A DNA stretch of 64,000 bases from Myxococcales bacterium (GCA_021807105.1 JAKAPL010000001.1:64469-128468), one strand, 5' to 3'. Numbered from the stretch's first letter, positions 28,848 to 38,498 are shown. Made by a program: numbers and translations. Notes: generated from the letters alone by a model not told the origin.

Positions 28848-29301
28848 ATCGACCTCATCGTCGATTCAGTCGACCTCATCGACGATCTGGTCGACCTGAT
28901 CGGCGATTCAGTCGACCTCATCGACGATCTGGTCGACCTCATCGTCGATTCAGTCGACCTCATCGTCGATCCGATCGACCTCTTCGTCGATTCAGTCGAC
29001 CTCATCGTCGATCCGATCGACCTCTTCGCCGATTCAGTCGACCTCATCGTCGATTCAGTCGACCTCTTCGACGATCCGGTCGACCTCACCGTCGATCCGA
29101 TCGACCTCTTCACCGATCCGATCGACCTCTTCGCCGATCCGATCGACCTCTTCGCCGATCCGGTCGACCTCTTCGCCGATCCGGTCGACCTCATCGACGA
29201 TCCGATCGACCTCTTCGCCGATCGGATCGACCTCTTCGTCGATCCGGTCGACCTCATCGACGATCAGGTCGACCTCTTCGCCGATCGGATCGACCTCATC
29301 G
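28848..29301. repeat. Tandem array of 21 exact-length 21-bp units plus one partial unit
   Basis: Unit consensus (A/G)TCGACCTC(A/T)TCG(N)CGAT(YNR). There are no indels. Three frames are open: + frame 28803-29393 (VDLIxDx heptads), - frame 29055-29402 (EEVDRIG heptads) and an Arg-rich frame. Confidence 0.9.
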
Positions 29302-29593
29302 CGCGCGGAGGCCGGCGGGACGCCGGCGCTCCCAGGAGAACCTCCCGCGCCGGGCTGTTGCGCCGTTGGCACCTCTCGCGGGGTTCTTTCTAGATCCATC
29401 ACCAGGAATCGGCGCGAAGCGAGGCTCGGAAAAAAAGTTTGTCACGCTTTTCTCCGTCCAGGCGACCTTGAGAAGTAGTGAGGCAGTGGAACGATGGAGC
29501 GAAGGCCGCCCCTCAAACCGGGTCAGCCTCGCCCCCCCGGGCATCGGGCCCGGGGCGGCGGCCGACGTGCTCCCTGCAAGAAGGAGGTGCGAG

Positions 29594-30115
29594 ATGATCC
29601 TCGTCACCAAGTTCGCGCAGAAGCTGCAGCAGATCGTGACGGCGCTGGGGAAGTACTTCCCGGCGACCTCCACGATCGTCCTCCTGGGCAAGACCTACAC
29701 GGGCAACCAGCTCGTGCAGGCCTTCCAGGCTGGCCTCACCGCCCTCGAGGCGGTGGCGAACGCGAAGTCGGCGTTCCTGCAGGCGTGTGCCGCCTGCAAG
29801 GTCGCGCTGGTCGAGGTACACGCGCTGTACGTCGCCCTCGCGGACGCCATGCGGTCCCAGCTCGGCAGGGGTAACCCCATCCTGGCCGAGTACGGGTTCC
29901 GCACGGCTGCGCGCAGCAAGCCGTCTCCCGAGACCGCCGCCGCCGCCATTAAGCTGCGCACGGCGACCCGGAAGGCCCGCCACACCCTGGGCAAGAACCA
30001 GAAGGCCAAGATCAAGGCCGAGGTTCCCATCCAGGCGCCGGAGCCCGCCAGCGCGGGCAACGGGACGGGTGGAAGCGGCACGCCGCCGAGCGCCGGCGGC
30101 ACCGGCCCCGCGTAA
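29594..30115 (+). CDS. Hypothetical protein (helical N-terminal part, basic / Gly-Pro-rich C-terminal tail)
   Basis: 173 aa. GAAGGAGG lies 7 nt upstream of ATG 29594. Codon usage is good. No motif recognised. Confidence 0.6.
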   Translation: MILVTKFAQKLQQIVTALGKYFPATSTIVLLGKTYTGNQLVQAFQAGLTALEAVANAKSAFLQACAACKVALVEVHALYVALADAMRSQLGRGNPILAEYGFRTAARSKPSPETAAAAIKLRTATRKARHTLGKNQKAKIKAEVPIQAPEPASAGNGTGGSGTPPSAGGTGPA

Positions 30116-30154
30116 GGGACCGGTCACATAAGGCCCGTTGAACACGCGGGCAAC

Positions 30155-30197
30155 GGCCCCCGGCCCGGCGGAAGGTGACGACCGCCGCCCGGGGGCC
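30155..30197. terminator. GC-rich hairpin between convergent genes (possible bidirectional terminator, no U-tract)
   Basis: GGCCCCCGG..CGGCGG / CCGCCG.CCGGGGGCC: 9 + 6 bp stems with a 10-nt loop. Confidence 0.3.
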
Positions 30198-30344
30198 ATG
30201 AATTTCCCGCTACGCTCCCCAGGGCAAGCCCGGCTACGACCAGATCCTCCGGGTCGAGCACGCGCAGATGCCGAACCAGGCGCAAAACGGCGGCGTGCCG
30301 CGGGACCCTCGGGCCTCCGGCGCGCCGCAAGGCTGGTCAAGCCG

Positions 30345-31307
30345 TTACTCGAGCACGACCGGCGGCGCGTGCAGGTACTCGGCCACCCGCCGCTTCTGGT
30401 CGATGTCCGCGTAGACGCGCTCGACCTCCCGCTCCGTCCGTCCCAGAGCACTCGCGGCCTCGGCCGCCGAGACCGCGTGGTCCCTCGCCCAGAGGAGGAG
30501 ATCGAGCTCGTGATACGGGAGTTGGAAGAAGAAGTCCTCCTGCGACTGGGAGAGGCTGTAGGTGTCGGTGGTGGGCGGCCGGCGAAGGATGGCGTCGGGG
30601 ACGCCGGCCTCCCGGGCCACCGCGTAGACCTGGGTCTTGTACAGGTGGGCGATCGGCTTCACGTCGGCCGCGCCGTCGCCGAGCTTCACGAAGAAGCCCT
30701 GGTCGTACTCGAGGCGGTTCGGAGTCCCCGCGACGGCGAAGACCCGCCGGTCGGCGTGGTGGTATTCGATCATCTTGCGCGTCCGCTGCTTGAAGTTCGT
30801 CGCGGCGACGATGGCGAGCGCGGCCTCGGGCGGCAGCCGGACGCGCCGCTCGTCCCCGGCCGCGACCTCCACGACGAGTTGCAGGACGTTGATCCCGTCG
30901 CGGCGGTCGCGGCGGCCGGGCAGGACGATCTTCCAGGGCATCGACGGCAGGAAGCCGGGGAAGACCGAGCGGACGGCCGCCTCGCGCGCCGCGTAGCAGC
31001 CCACCGCCTCGAGCACGGGCGCGATGTCCTGCCGCCGCCGCTCGATTCCCAGCCGGGCGCAGAGCTCCTCGGCGAGCCGCGCGCTCTCGGGCGAGGAGTC
31101 ACGCTCGGGGAGGATCAGCCCGAGCACGCGGTCGGGGCCGAGGGCCCGGACGGAGAGCGCCGCCACGCAGGCCGAGTCGACGCCGCCCGAGAGGGCGACG
31201 ACGACGCCCCTGCGGCGGAGGCGGCTGACCGCCTCGCGCAGCCGGCCGGAGATCCGGTCGGCCTCGGCCCGCGCGTCGATGTCCAGGACGTCCGGCGAGA
31301 AGCGCAT
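30345..31307 (-). CDS. nadE: NAD+ synthetase-like PP-loop ATP pyrophosphatase (NadE family)
   Basis: 320 aa. PP-loop VVALSGGVDSA, ...DVKPIAHLYKTQVY. ATG 31307 is preceded by GGAGGG; the track ORF extension is rejected. Confidence 0.8.
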   Translation of the reverse strand: MRFSPDVLDIDARAEADRISGRLREAVSRLRRRGVVVALSGGVDSACVAALSVRALGPDRVLGLILPERDSSPESARLAEELCARLGIERRRQDIAPVLEAVGCYAAREAAVRSVFPGFLPSMPWKIVLPGRRDRRDGINVLQLVVEVAAGDERRVRLPPEAALAIVAATNFKQRTRKMIEYHHADRRVFAVAGTPNRLEYDQGFFVKLGDGAADVKPIAHLYKTQVYAVAREAGVPDAILRRPPTTDTYSLSQSQEDFFFQLPYHELDLLLWARDHAVSAAEAASALGRTEREVERVYADIDQKRRVAEYLHAPPVVLE

Positions 31308-31333
31308 CCCGATCCCTCCAGCGGACGGCCCGC

Positions 31334-32977
31334 TCACCGCTGCTCCACCCCAGGGGCGGAGACGAGGCCGGCGTCCTCCTCGGCGGCGCCGCGCGAGGCC
31401 TCCTTCGCCATGGGCGTGGGGACGATGGGCTGGCCCCACTCTCCGGCGAGCCCCTCGCGCAGCGCGCCGCGCAGGAGCTTGCCCGACTCGGAGCGTGGCA
31501 GTGCGACGACGAAGCGGACGGTCCGCGGCACCCGCTCCGGGCCGAGCCTCGCCCGGCAGTGACGCTGGAGCTCCTCCGCCGCCACCCGCACCCCTGGCCG
31601 CGGGACGACCCACGCCGCGGCGACCTCGCCGGCCAGCGGGTCGGCGGTCCCCGTGATCGCCGCGTCGGCGACCGAGGGATGGGAGAGGAGCGCGTGCTCG
31701 ATCTCGACCGGGCTCACTCGGCGGCCCGCGATCTTGAGGATCTCACGAGCACGTCCGGCGAGGAAGAAGAAGCCGTCGCGGTCGCGATAGGCGAGGTCGC
31801 CCGTCCAGAGCCAGCCGTCGCGGAACACCCGCGCGCTCTCCTCCGGCTCGCCGAGGTAACCGGCGGCCACGTTGTCGCCACGCGCGATCAGCTCGCCGAC
31901 GGCGCCGTCGGGGAGCTCGGAGCCGTCTTCGTCGGCGACGCGCAGGGTGACGCCGGGAATCGGGATGCCAATCGAGCCCTCCTTCTCGGCCGCCCGTCCG
32001 GGGGGCAGGTAGGAGAGGCGCGCGGTGGCCTCGGTCTGACCGTACATGACGACGAGCTGGGCCGGCGCGAAGGCCGCGCGCGCCCACCGGGTGGTCTCCA
32101 CGGACATCGGGCCGCCGGCCTGCGTCACGTAGCGCAGCCGCCCGGCGTGGAGCGATTCGAGGCCCGTCGTCCGCCGGAGCAGCTCGAAGTTGAGCGGCAC
32201 GCCCGCGAAGCCGGTGCAGCCCTCGACCGAGAGCGTCGCCAAGAGCGTCGAGGCGAAGCGGGAGCGATCGTCCAGGACCACGGACCCGCCGGCGAGCAGG
32301 TGGGTCTGGAGGACGCTGCGGCCGTAACAGTAGGAGAGCGGGAGGACGAGCAGGGCGCAATCGGAGGGGCGAAGATCGAGGTAGGCGGCGATGGCGCGGC
32401 TGTTCGCCTCGAGGTTGCGGGAGGTCAGGACGACGCCGCGCGGCAGACCGGTGCTCCCGGAAGTGAAGAGGACGAGCGCCGGCGCGTCCGGATCGACCTC
32501 GACGGGAGCCTCGACCGCAGCGGCTGGGCCCACGAGGGTCCCATCCGGCAGGAGCGCGGCGAGCCCGGCGCCGCCGGCGCCCTCGCCCTCCGGCACGACC
32601 CAGAGCCCCCGGAACGGCAGCGCTTGCGCACCGCCCCAGGCCAGCAGCTCGCGGCCACCGAAGATGGCGTACCGGCAACCGGCGCGGCCGAGGATGGTCT
32701 CGCGGGCCCCGAGGCCGGCGGTCGTCCCCGCGTCGACCGCGCAGCCGCCGAGGAGCTGGATCGCCGCGGAGGCGACGGCCGCCGCCGGCGAGTTGCGGAC
32801 GGCGAGCAGGACGCGATCGCCCGGACCGGCGCCCGTCGCCTGCAACGCTCCCGCGAAGCGACGTACCCGCGCGGCCAGGTCGGCGTAGGTGAGACGCGCC
32901 TCACCCGCCGCGAGGGCGGGGGCGGCCGGCCTCTCCCGCGCGTGGGTGAAGATCCAGTCGGGGATCGGCGGTCTCAC
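31334..32977 (-). CDS. AMP-forming acyl-CoA / acyl-carrier-protein ligase (ANL superfamily)
   Basis: AMP-binding LVLFTSGSTGLPRGVVLT, YGQTE, TGDLAYRDRDGFFFLAGR, C-terminal PRSESGKL. GTG 32977 overlaps the upstream stop (GTGA). Confidence 0.88.
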   Translation of the reverse strand: MRPPIPDWIFTHARERPAAPALAAGEARLTYADLAARVRRFAGALQATGAGPGDRVLLAVRNSPAAAVASAAIQLLGGCAVDAGTTAGLGARETILGRAGCRYAIFGGRELLAWGGAQALPFRGLWVVPEGEGAGGAGLAALLPDGTLVGPAAAVEAPVEVDPDAPALVLFTSGSTGLPRGVVLTSRNLEANSRAIAAYLDLRPSDCALLVLPLSYCYGRSVLQTHLLAGGSVVLDDRSRFASTLLATLSVEGCTGFAGVPLNFELLRRTTGLESLHAGRLRYVTQAGGPMSVETTRWARAAFAPAQLVVMYGQTEATARLSYLPPGRAAEKEGSIGIPIPGVTLRVADEDGSELPDGAVGELIARGDNVAAGYLGEPEESARVFRDGWLWTGDLAYRDRDGFFFLAGRAREILKIAGRRVSPVEIEHALLSHPSVADAAITGTADPLAGEVAAAWVVPRPGVRVAAEELQRHCRARLGPERVPRTVRFVVALPRSESGKLLRGALREGLAGEWGQPIVPTPMAKEASRGAAEEDAGLVSAPGVEQR

Positions 32978-34932
32978 GCGGCCTCCAGGCTCACCGGCGC
33001 GACGTCCGCAGGACGGGGCATCGATTGCACGAACCCGGCCCACAGGAGCTGGCTCGTGGCGATCGAGACGAGCGCCATCGCGTCGGCCTCGCTGAGCGCG
33101 CTCCCGACCGCCCTCGCCTTCTCGACGAGCCGCGAAACCTTGGCGGCGTCGAAGAGTCCGGCGGCCCGGACCGCGTCGGGCGAGAGCAGCTCCGCCGCCC
33201 AGCAGGGGGCTTCGGGGCCGGCGAGCACCCAGGCGATCGGCGCGCGGTACGGGAACTTGGGACGCGCGAGGATCGAGGCGGGCAGCCTGCCTCGCGCGCA
33301 CTGGCGCAGGACCCTCTTCTCCCGCATGGCCCGGAGCTTCACCCGGTCCGGGAGCCGCGCGGCCAGCTCGATCAGCCGGTGATCGAGATACGGATAGCGT
33401 CCCTCCACCGACGCCGCCATCAGCATCCGGTCCCCCTGCGCGCCGAGCAGGTAGCCGGGCAGGAGCGTCCGCATCTCGAGCATCTGCGCGCGGGCGAGGA
33501 GCCGCGTTCGTCGCGAGCGCTCGGAAAGAGCCCCGAGCGCGGAGACGATCGGGTCCTCCGCCGCGACGGCCTCGGCGACGCTCGCCGAGAGAAACCGCAG
33601 CAGCCGTCCCGACGCCGACCAGCGGACGAGGTGCGAGAAGGCGGGCTGATCGGGATCGGAGAGGCCGGCGCCGTAGACCTCGGCGAGGATCGCCGCGGGC
33701 TGGGCGGCGTGGGGCAGCGACGGGTGCAGCGCGGGCAGCAGCAGCCGCCAGCGGCCGGACCGCGGCCGGCGCGCCCAGGCGTCCCGGACCTTCGCCTCAC
33801 GGAAGAGATCGTAGCCCCAGAAGATCTCGTCGGCGCCCTCCCCCGTCAGCACGACCCGCAGCCCCTCGTCGTGGACCAGTCGGGAGAGGCGGAGCATCGG
33901 GGCGGGGGCGGTCCGCACGATCGCCTGCTCCGCGTGGTCCACGGCGGCAGGCAGAAGGTCGCCGATCTCGCGCGCCGCGATCTCGACGGCGCGGTGCTCC
34001 GTCCGGAGCGCGGCCACGACCTCCTCCTGGTGGCGCCGTTCGTCGAGCTTCTGATCGCCGAACGCGATCGAGAACGTCCGCAAGGAGCCGCCGAGCTGCT
34101 CCTGCGCGTGGCTGCACAGCAGGCTGCTGTCCAGCCCTCCGGACAGGTACGCCCCCACCGGCACGTCGGCCCGCAGCCGGAGCCGGACCGCGTCGTCCAG
34201 CAGCTCCGCCACCTGCCGGGCCGCCGTCGCGTCGTCGACCGGCTCGACCGCGTCGAAGTCCGGCTCCCAGTACGGCCGGACGTCGAGCCGCGCGCCGTCC
34301 CAGCGCGCCCAGCAGGCCGGCGGCAGAGCTTGTACGCCGGCAAACGAGGTCGTCGGGGCCACCGGCGCCCAGAGCGTCAGGGATTGCGCGAGGCCGCGCG
34401 GGTCGATCGCCGCGCGGCGGAAGCCCCCGGAGAACAGCGCCTTGGCCTCGGAGGCGAAGGCGATCGCGGCCTCCTCCAGCGCGTAGACGAGCGGCGCGAT
34501 ACCGACCGGATCGCGGGCCAGCCAGAGGGACCGATCCCGCGGATCCCACACCGCGAAGGCGAACTGCCCGACGAAGCGGCGCACGGACTCGATCCCCCAC
34601 GTCAGGAAGGCGGCCAGCAGGACCTCCGTGTCGCTGCGCGTCCGGAACGGGTAGCCGTCGAGCTGCCGCCGCAACTCGACGTGATTGAAGATCTCCCCGT
34701 TGAAGACCAGTGCGACGCCCGTCTCGGGATCCCGCATCGGTTGGGCGCCGCCGGCGAGGTCGACCACCGCGAGACGGGCGTGGCCTAGGGCGACCCCGTC
34801 GAGGAGCAGTCCTCGCTGCGCGTCCGGGCCCCGGTGACGCAACGAGGCCACCATGCGCGCGAGCCGCCCGCCCTGCGCCTCCCGCGGCGACTCCGGACCG
34901 GCCGGAAACGTGAACCCCGCGATCCCGCACAT
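32974..34932 (-). CDS. Asparagine synthase (glutamine-hydrolysing) family amidotransferase
   Basis: 652 aa. N-terminal nucleophile MCGIAGF, and a synthetase-domain PP-loop YLSGGLDSS. Confidence 0.9.
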   Translation of the reverse strand: MCGIAGFTFPAGPESPREAQGGRLARMVASLRHRGPDAQRGLLLDGVALGHARLAVVDLAGGAQPMRDPETGVALVFNGEIFNHVELRRQLDGYPFRTRSDTEVLLAAFLTWGIESVRRFVGQFAFAVWDPRDRSLWLARDPVGIAPLVYALEEAAIAFASEAKALFSGGFRRAAIDPRGLAQSLTLWAPVAPTTSFAGVQALPPACWARWDGARLDVRPYWEPDFDAVEPVDDATAARQVAELLDDAVRLRLRADVPVGAYLSGGLDSSLLCSHAQEQLGGSLRTFSIAFGDQKLDERRHQEEVVAALRTEHRAVEIAAREIGDLLPAAVDHAEQAIVRTAPAPMLRLSRLVHDEGLRVVLTGEGADEIFWGYDLFREAKVRDAWARRPRSGRWRLLLPALHPSLPHAAQPAAILAEVYGAGLSDPDQPAFSHLVRWSASGRLLRFLSASVAEAVAAEDPIVSALGALSERSRRTRLLARAQMLEMRTLLPGYLLGAQGDRMLMAASVEGRYPYLDHRLIELAARLPDRVKLRAMREKRVLRQCARGRLPASILARPKFPYRAPIAWVLAGPEAPCWAAELLSPDAVRAAGLFDAAKVSRLVEKARAVGSALSEADAMALVSIATSQLLWAGFVQSMPRPADVAPVSLEAA

Positions 34933-34934
34933 GG

Positions 34935-35201
34935 TCAGCGCCCCAGCTTTCGGCCCGCGAAGGCGGTGACGCGCGCGAGCGAATCGAGGTTCTCGGGGAG
35001 GAGCTCGTCGTCGTCCACCCGGATGCCGAGGTCGTGCTCGAGGAAGGTGACGAGCTGCACGAGCCCCATCGAGTCGATGATCCCGCGCGCGAGGAACGAG
35101 TCCTCGTCGCCGAACCCATCGACGAAGAACGTCTCGACGATGAACGCGCGGATACGCTCGCGGAGGCCGGAAGCCGCGCCGCCCACCTCACCCTGCCTCA
35201 T
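34935..35201 (-). CDS. Acyl/peptidyl carrier protein
   Basis: 88 aa with the phosphopantetheine attachment context GIIDSMGLVQLV. Confidence 0.85.
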   Translation of the reverse strand: MRQGEVGGAASGLRERIRAFIVETFFVDGFGDEDSFLARGIIDSMGLVQLVTFLEHDLGIRVDDDELLPENLDSLARVTAFAGRKLGR

Positions 35202-35994
35202 GGCTCGTCCCCCCCGGCCCGCGGGCCGCGACTGTCTCCGCCAGAACGGCGATCAGGCGCCGGGCGGCGTGACGCCGCCCGTCCCTGTTGAGGTGGCCGC
35301 CATCGTCCGTGTACGGCCCGGCGAGCACCGGCGCCTCGTGCCCGTCGATCGCGACCGACCATTCGCGCCCCGCGGGATCGGTCGCTTCGACCGCCGCGAG
35401 ATCGAAGAGGCCCGGCGCGTGGGCGCGCAGCGCCTCGTTGAAGCGGTGGCGCGCGAGGTTGTCGCGGGCCCAGGCGCCGCCGCGGCCGAGCCGCGCGGCC
35501 AGGAAGCGACGCACGCCACCCGGCCTCCCGGTGAGCGGGACGGTGACGTGGACGAACCGGACGTGGGGATGGCGGCGGGCGAGCCGCTCGAAGGTTTGTT
35601 GATAGCGGAAGAACAGCGCCTCGACGCCGGTCCGCGCGCCGACGTCCGTGAAACACAACTCGAGGAGCGCGATGTCCGTCCGGCCGGCCAGCCCCTGGCC
35701 CAGGAGGGCCTCGAAGGCCGCGAGCTTCCCCTCCGGATCGCCGTTCCGTCCGGCGCGCGCGTGCGCGATCGTCCCGGGCGCGAGCGCCGCGCCGTTCTGG
35801 GTAGCGACGATCCGCGGCACCAGCCCTGGAGAGGCTTCGATCCAGTCGCGCAGGCCCGCGAGCAGGTTCTCGCCGACCGACTGATGAGCGAAGAAGATCC
35901 GCGCGCGGCAGAGCGTCTCGAGCGCCCCCCAGGTCGCCTCGATCCCCTCCGGCGCCCACCCCACCCGACGAGCATCGCCCGTGACCACCGCCAC
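35188..35994 (-). CDS. Hypothetical protein, possibly an SGNH/GDSL-like hydrolase or acyltransferase
   Basis: 268 aa. IFFAHQSVGEN (block-I-like Ser) and C-terminal DDGGHLN (block-V-like DxxH). Overlaps the carrier-protein start by 14 nt. Confidence 0.55.
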   Translation of the reverse strand: MAVVTGDARRVGWAPEGIEATWGALETLCRARIFFAHQSVGENLLAGLRDWIEASPGLVPRIVATQNGAALAPGTIAHARAGRNGDPEGKLAAFEALLGQGLAGRTDIALLELCFTDVGARTGVEALFFRYQQTFERLARRHPHVRFVHVTVPLTGRPGGVRRFLAARLGRGGAWARDNLARHRFNEALRAHAPGLFDLAAVEATDPAGREWSVAIDGHEAPVLAGPYTDDGGHLNRDGRRHAARRLIAVLAETVAARGPGGTSHEAG

Positions 35995-36103
35995 CGCGGA
36001 TCCCCCCTTTCCCGGACGCGAATCTGTGTACGCCGGACGAGAGGGCGCCAGCAGACCCTGTCGGGCAATGCCGTTTGGGGTGCGGTGTGGCTACCGTTCG
36101 GGC

Positions 36104-36739
36104 ATGGCCCGCAATGTCGTCGTGACCACCCGGCCGCCGGGTGAAGCGTTCCAGGAGGATCTGCGCAAGTACTACCGGATCCACTTCGACACCGAGACGC
36201 CGCCCCTCGCCGCGCGCCTCTGCCTCTGGTCCACCCACTTCGGCCTCCACTGCGTCGCGGTCCACCGCATGGGCGAGGCAGCCCGCGCCGCCCGCTCCCG
36301 CCGCCCGCTCCTCGGTCTCGGCGCATGGGCCGTCTGGCGGGCGCTGGATCTCGCGATCAACGCCCTCCACCACGTGGACATCGACGCCGCCGTCGGCCCG
36401 GGCTTCTACATCGGCCACGCCTCGACGCTCTACGTCGGCCCCACCCGCATCGGCCGCAACTTCAGCGTGACCCACAACGTCACGATCGGCCTCGGCCACG
36501 CTGAGGCCGCCGAGGGCATCCCGGTCATCGGCGACGACGTCTGGATCGGGACCGGCGCGACCCTCGCCGGCGCCGTCCACGTCGGCGACGGGGCGACCAT
36601 CGCGAACGGCGCCGTGGTGTCGCGCAGCGTCCCCCCGGGATCGCTCGTCGCCGGCAACCCCGGCCGTGTCGTCCTGCGGGAATACGACAACGCCGCCCTC
36701 TTCCGCCTACCCCGCCGAGGGGCGCGGGAGGAGCGGTGA
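36104..36739 (+). CDS. Serine O-acetyltransferase-like hexapeptide-repeat acetyltransferase
   Basis: Left-handed beta-helix repeats IGHASTLYVGPTRIGRNFSVTHNVTIG...IGDDVWIGTGATLAGAVHVGDGATIANGAVV...AGNP. The start could instead be 36068. Confidence 0.78.
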   Translation: MARNVVVTTRPPGEAFQEDLRKYYRIHFDTETPPLAARLCLWSTHFGLHCVAVHRMGEAARAARSRRPLLGLGAWAVWRALDLAINALHHVDIDAAVGPGFYIGHASTLYVGPTRIGRNFSVTHNVTIGLGHAEAAEGIPVIGDDVWIGTGATLAGAVHVGDGATIANGAVVSRSVPPGSLVAGNPGRVVLREYDNAALFRLPRRGAREER

Positions 36740-36776
36740 TGGGTGCTCCCGGACGGATTGGAACACCGACCCGGGG

Positions 36777-38498
36777 TCACTGCGCGGTCGGTTGGGGGCA
36801 GATGGGCACCGCCACGCCGCCGTCGGGGCCCGGGCAACCCGGCGAGCCCTGGTGACAACAGATGTCCGTGTCGACCCTCGGCACGACCTCCCACATCGGG
36901 TCCGACGCCCGTACCTGCACGAGCATACCCGTCACGTCGAGGACCATCCCGGCGCTCTCCGTCGGGGAGAGGGACGGTGCGCCGCTGCGGGTCATGAGCG
37001 AGAGCTTCCATGGATGGCCGTATCCACCGTCCTCCGGCACCCCGGGGATCCAGCCGTCATACTGGCCGTAGCTCGTGTACTCGGATTGCTCGGAGCAGTC
37101 GATCATCGAGTCGCAGTACTCGCGGCAGAGGCAGGCGTTCAGGCAGTGGCCGTCGATGCACTCCTGCTGCTCGTCGACCGTCAGTGCGGTCGCCCCGCCC
37201 GGATTGCAGTCGGCGGTCGTCACGCAGCGGGTCGCGCACTCGTTGGCCACGCAGTCGGTGCCGTCGGGGCAGTGGGCGATCGCCGCGCCCGGCTCCCCGC
37301 AGAAAGAGCTGGAGGTGCTCGGGAGGCAGCCAGCGGCCTTCCGGTAGGGCACGTTGCCGGTGCCGGTCACGTCGCAGTTGAGCCACCGGGAAGGCATCGT
37401 CACGCTCTGGGCCGTGATGAGCGCGGACTCGAGCGATTCGAACTGGAGGTTGCTCGTGCTGGGCGCGCACAGGTACTGGTCAGCGAGGTGATCCCCGGGG
37501 CCGCCGTTCAAGCACCATTGAGGATTGACGGGGACCGGCGGGGGCGCGTCCTGGGGATGAGGATCGACGAACTGCGGGTCGGGGTTCATCGTCCAGGCCG
37601 GGTAGTCGAGCTGGGTGTCCCCGACGAACTCTCCGAGGGTCCCCGACAGGGCGACCAGGCGGTTCCCGATAAAGAGGTCGGGGGCGTCGTAGTTGTAGAC
37701 GAAGATGTAGGCCCAGCTCCCCGGGAGGTCGTAGGCGCCGGTTCCCGGGTCCCAGCCCGGCTTCGGGACGAGGACCCCGCCGTCCAGATAGTAGCTGTTC
37801 CGGTCGGCCGCGTAGAAGCCGTCGGACTGCACGGCGGTCACGATCAGGTCCATCTGGTACTGGTACTCGGGGGCGCAGCCGCCGTCGGGGAGGATGGCGC
37901 CGTCCGGCAGCGGCGCTCCGCGGGCGGCGGGGGGCGGCGCGATGCAACGCGTCTTGCTCTGGTCGAGCACGACGTAGTTGTTCTCGAGGGGATCCTCGGT
38001 GTTGTCGGGGGTGATCTGGAGGTCGGCGAGGAGCGGGTATCCGTACTCGAGGTCGGGATCCGACACCCCGGTGGCGTAGTAACCGCCGTCGGGCGCGCCG
38101 CCGTCCAGCAGCGTCTCTCGGTCCTCCACCCAGACCGCGGTCTGCCCGAAGACGTGCTCGGCGTAGATATCCCCCTCGGCGAATCCCGCGTCGAACGAGA
38201 GCTGCGGCTCGTCCTCCGGCGAGGAGGCGATCGCGAACTCGCCCTTCATCACCTGGCCAGGCGTCACGTAGACGTACGGGTGGCCGTAGTAGCCGCGCAG
38301 GGGATTCCCGAGTTGATCGAGCGCGGTCGCGGCGACGTGGATCTTCACCTGGGCCAGCGGGAAGTTTCCCGCCTGGCCGCTCCGATCCTCGGCCTGTACG
38401 GCGAAGCTCGACAGATCGTTCGGCAGCGACGCGCGGGTGTCGCAGCCCGCGACGACGAGCGCCGCCAGAACACCGAACTGCCTGAGGTCAGTCCGCAT
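36777..38498 (-). CDS. Cys-rich lipoprotein of unknown function
   Basis: Lipobox LVVAGCD. 573 aa with many Cys in the C-terminal third. The start overlaps the upstream gene by 11 nt. Confidence 0.7.
   Translation of the reverse strand: MRTDLRQFGVLAALVVAGCDTRASLPNDLSSFAVQAEDRSGQAGNFPLAQVKIHVAATALDQLGNPLRGYYGHPYVYVTPGQVMKGEFAIASSPEDEPQLSFDAGFAEGDIYAEHVFGQTAVWVEDRETLLDGGAPDGGYYATGVSDPDLEYGYPLLADLQITPDNTEDPLENNYVVLDQSKTRCIAPPPAARGAPLPDGAILPDGGCAPEYQYQMDLIVTAVQSDGFYAADRNSYYLDGGVLVPKPGWDPGTGAYDLPGSWAYIFVYNYDAPDLFIGNRLVALSGTLGEFVGDTQLDYPAWTMNPDPQFVDPHPQDAPPPVPVNPQWCLNGGPGDHLADQYLCAPSTSNLQFESLESALITAQSVTMPSRWLNCDVTGTGNVPYRKAAGCLPSTSSSFCGEPGAAIAHCPDGTDCVANECATRCVTTADCNPGGATALTVDEQQECIDGHCLNACLCREYCDSMIDCSEQSEYTSYGQYDGWIPGVPEDGGYGHPWKLSLMTRSGAPSLSPTESAGMVLDVTGMLVQVRASDPMWEVVPRVDTDICCHQGSPGCPGPDGGVAVPICPQPTAQ

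Noticed and set aside
28848-29301. The 21-bp repeat array as a CRISPR array.
   Set aside because: The units are directly contiguous with no spacers, there are no cas genes in the window, and the unit length and architecture do not fit CRISPR.
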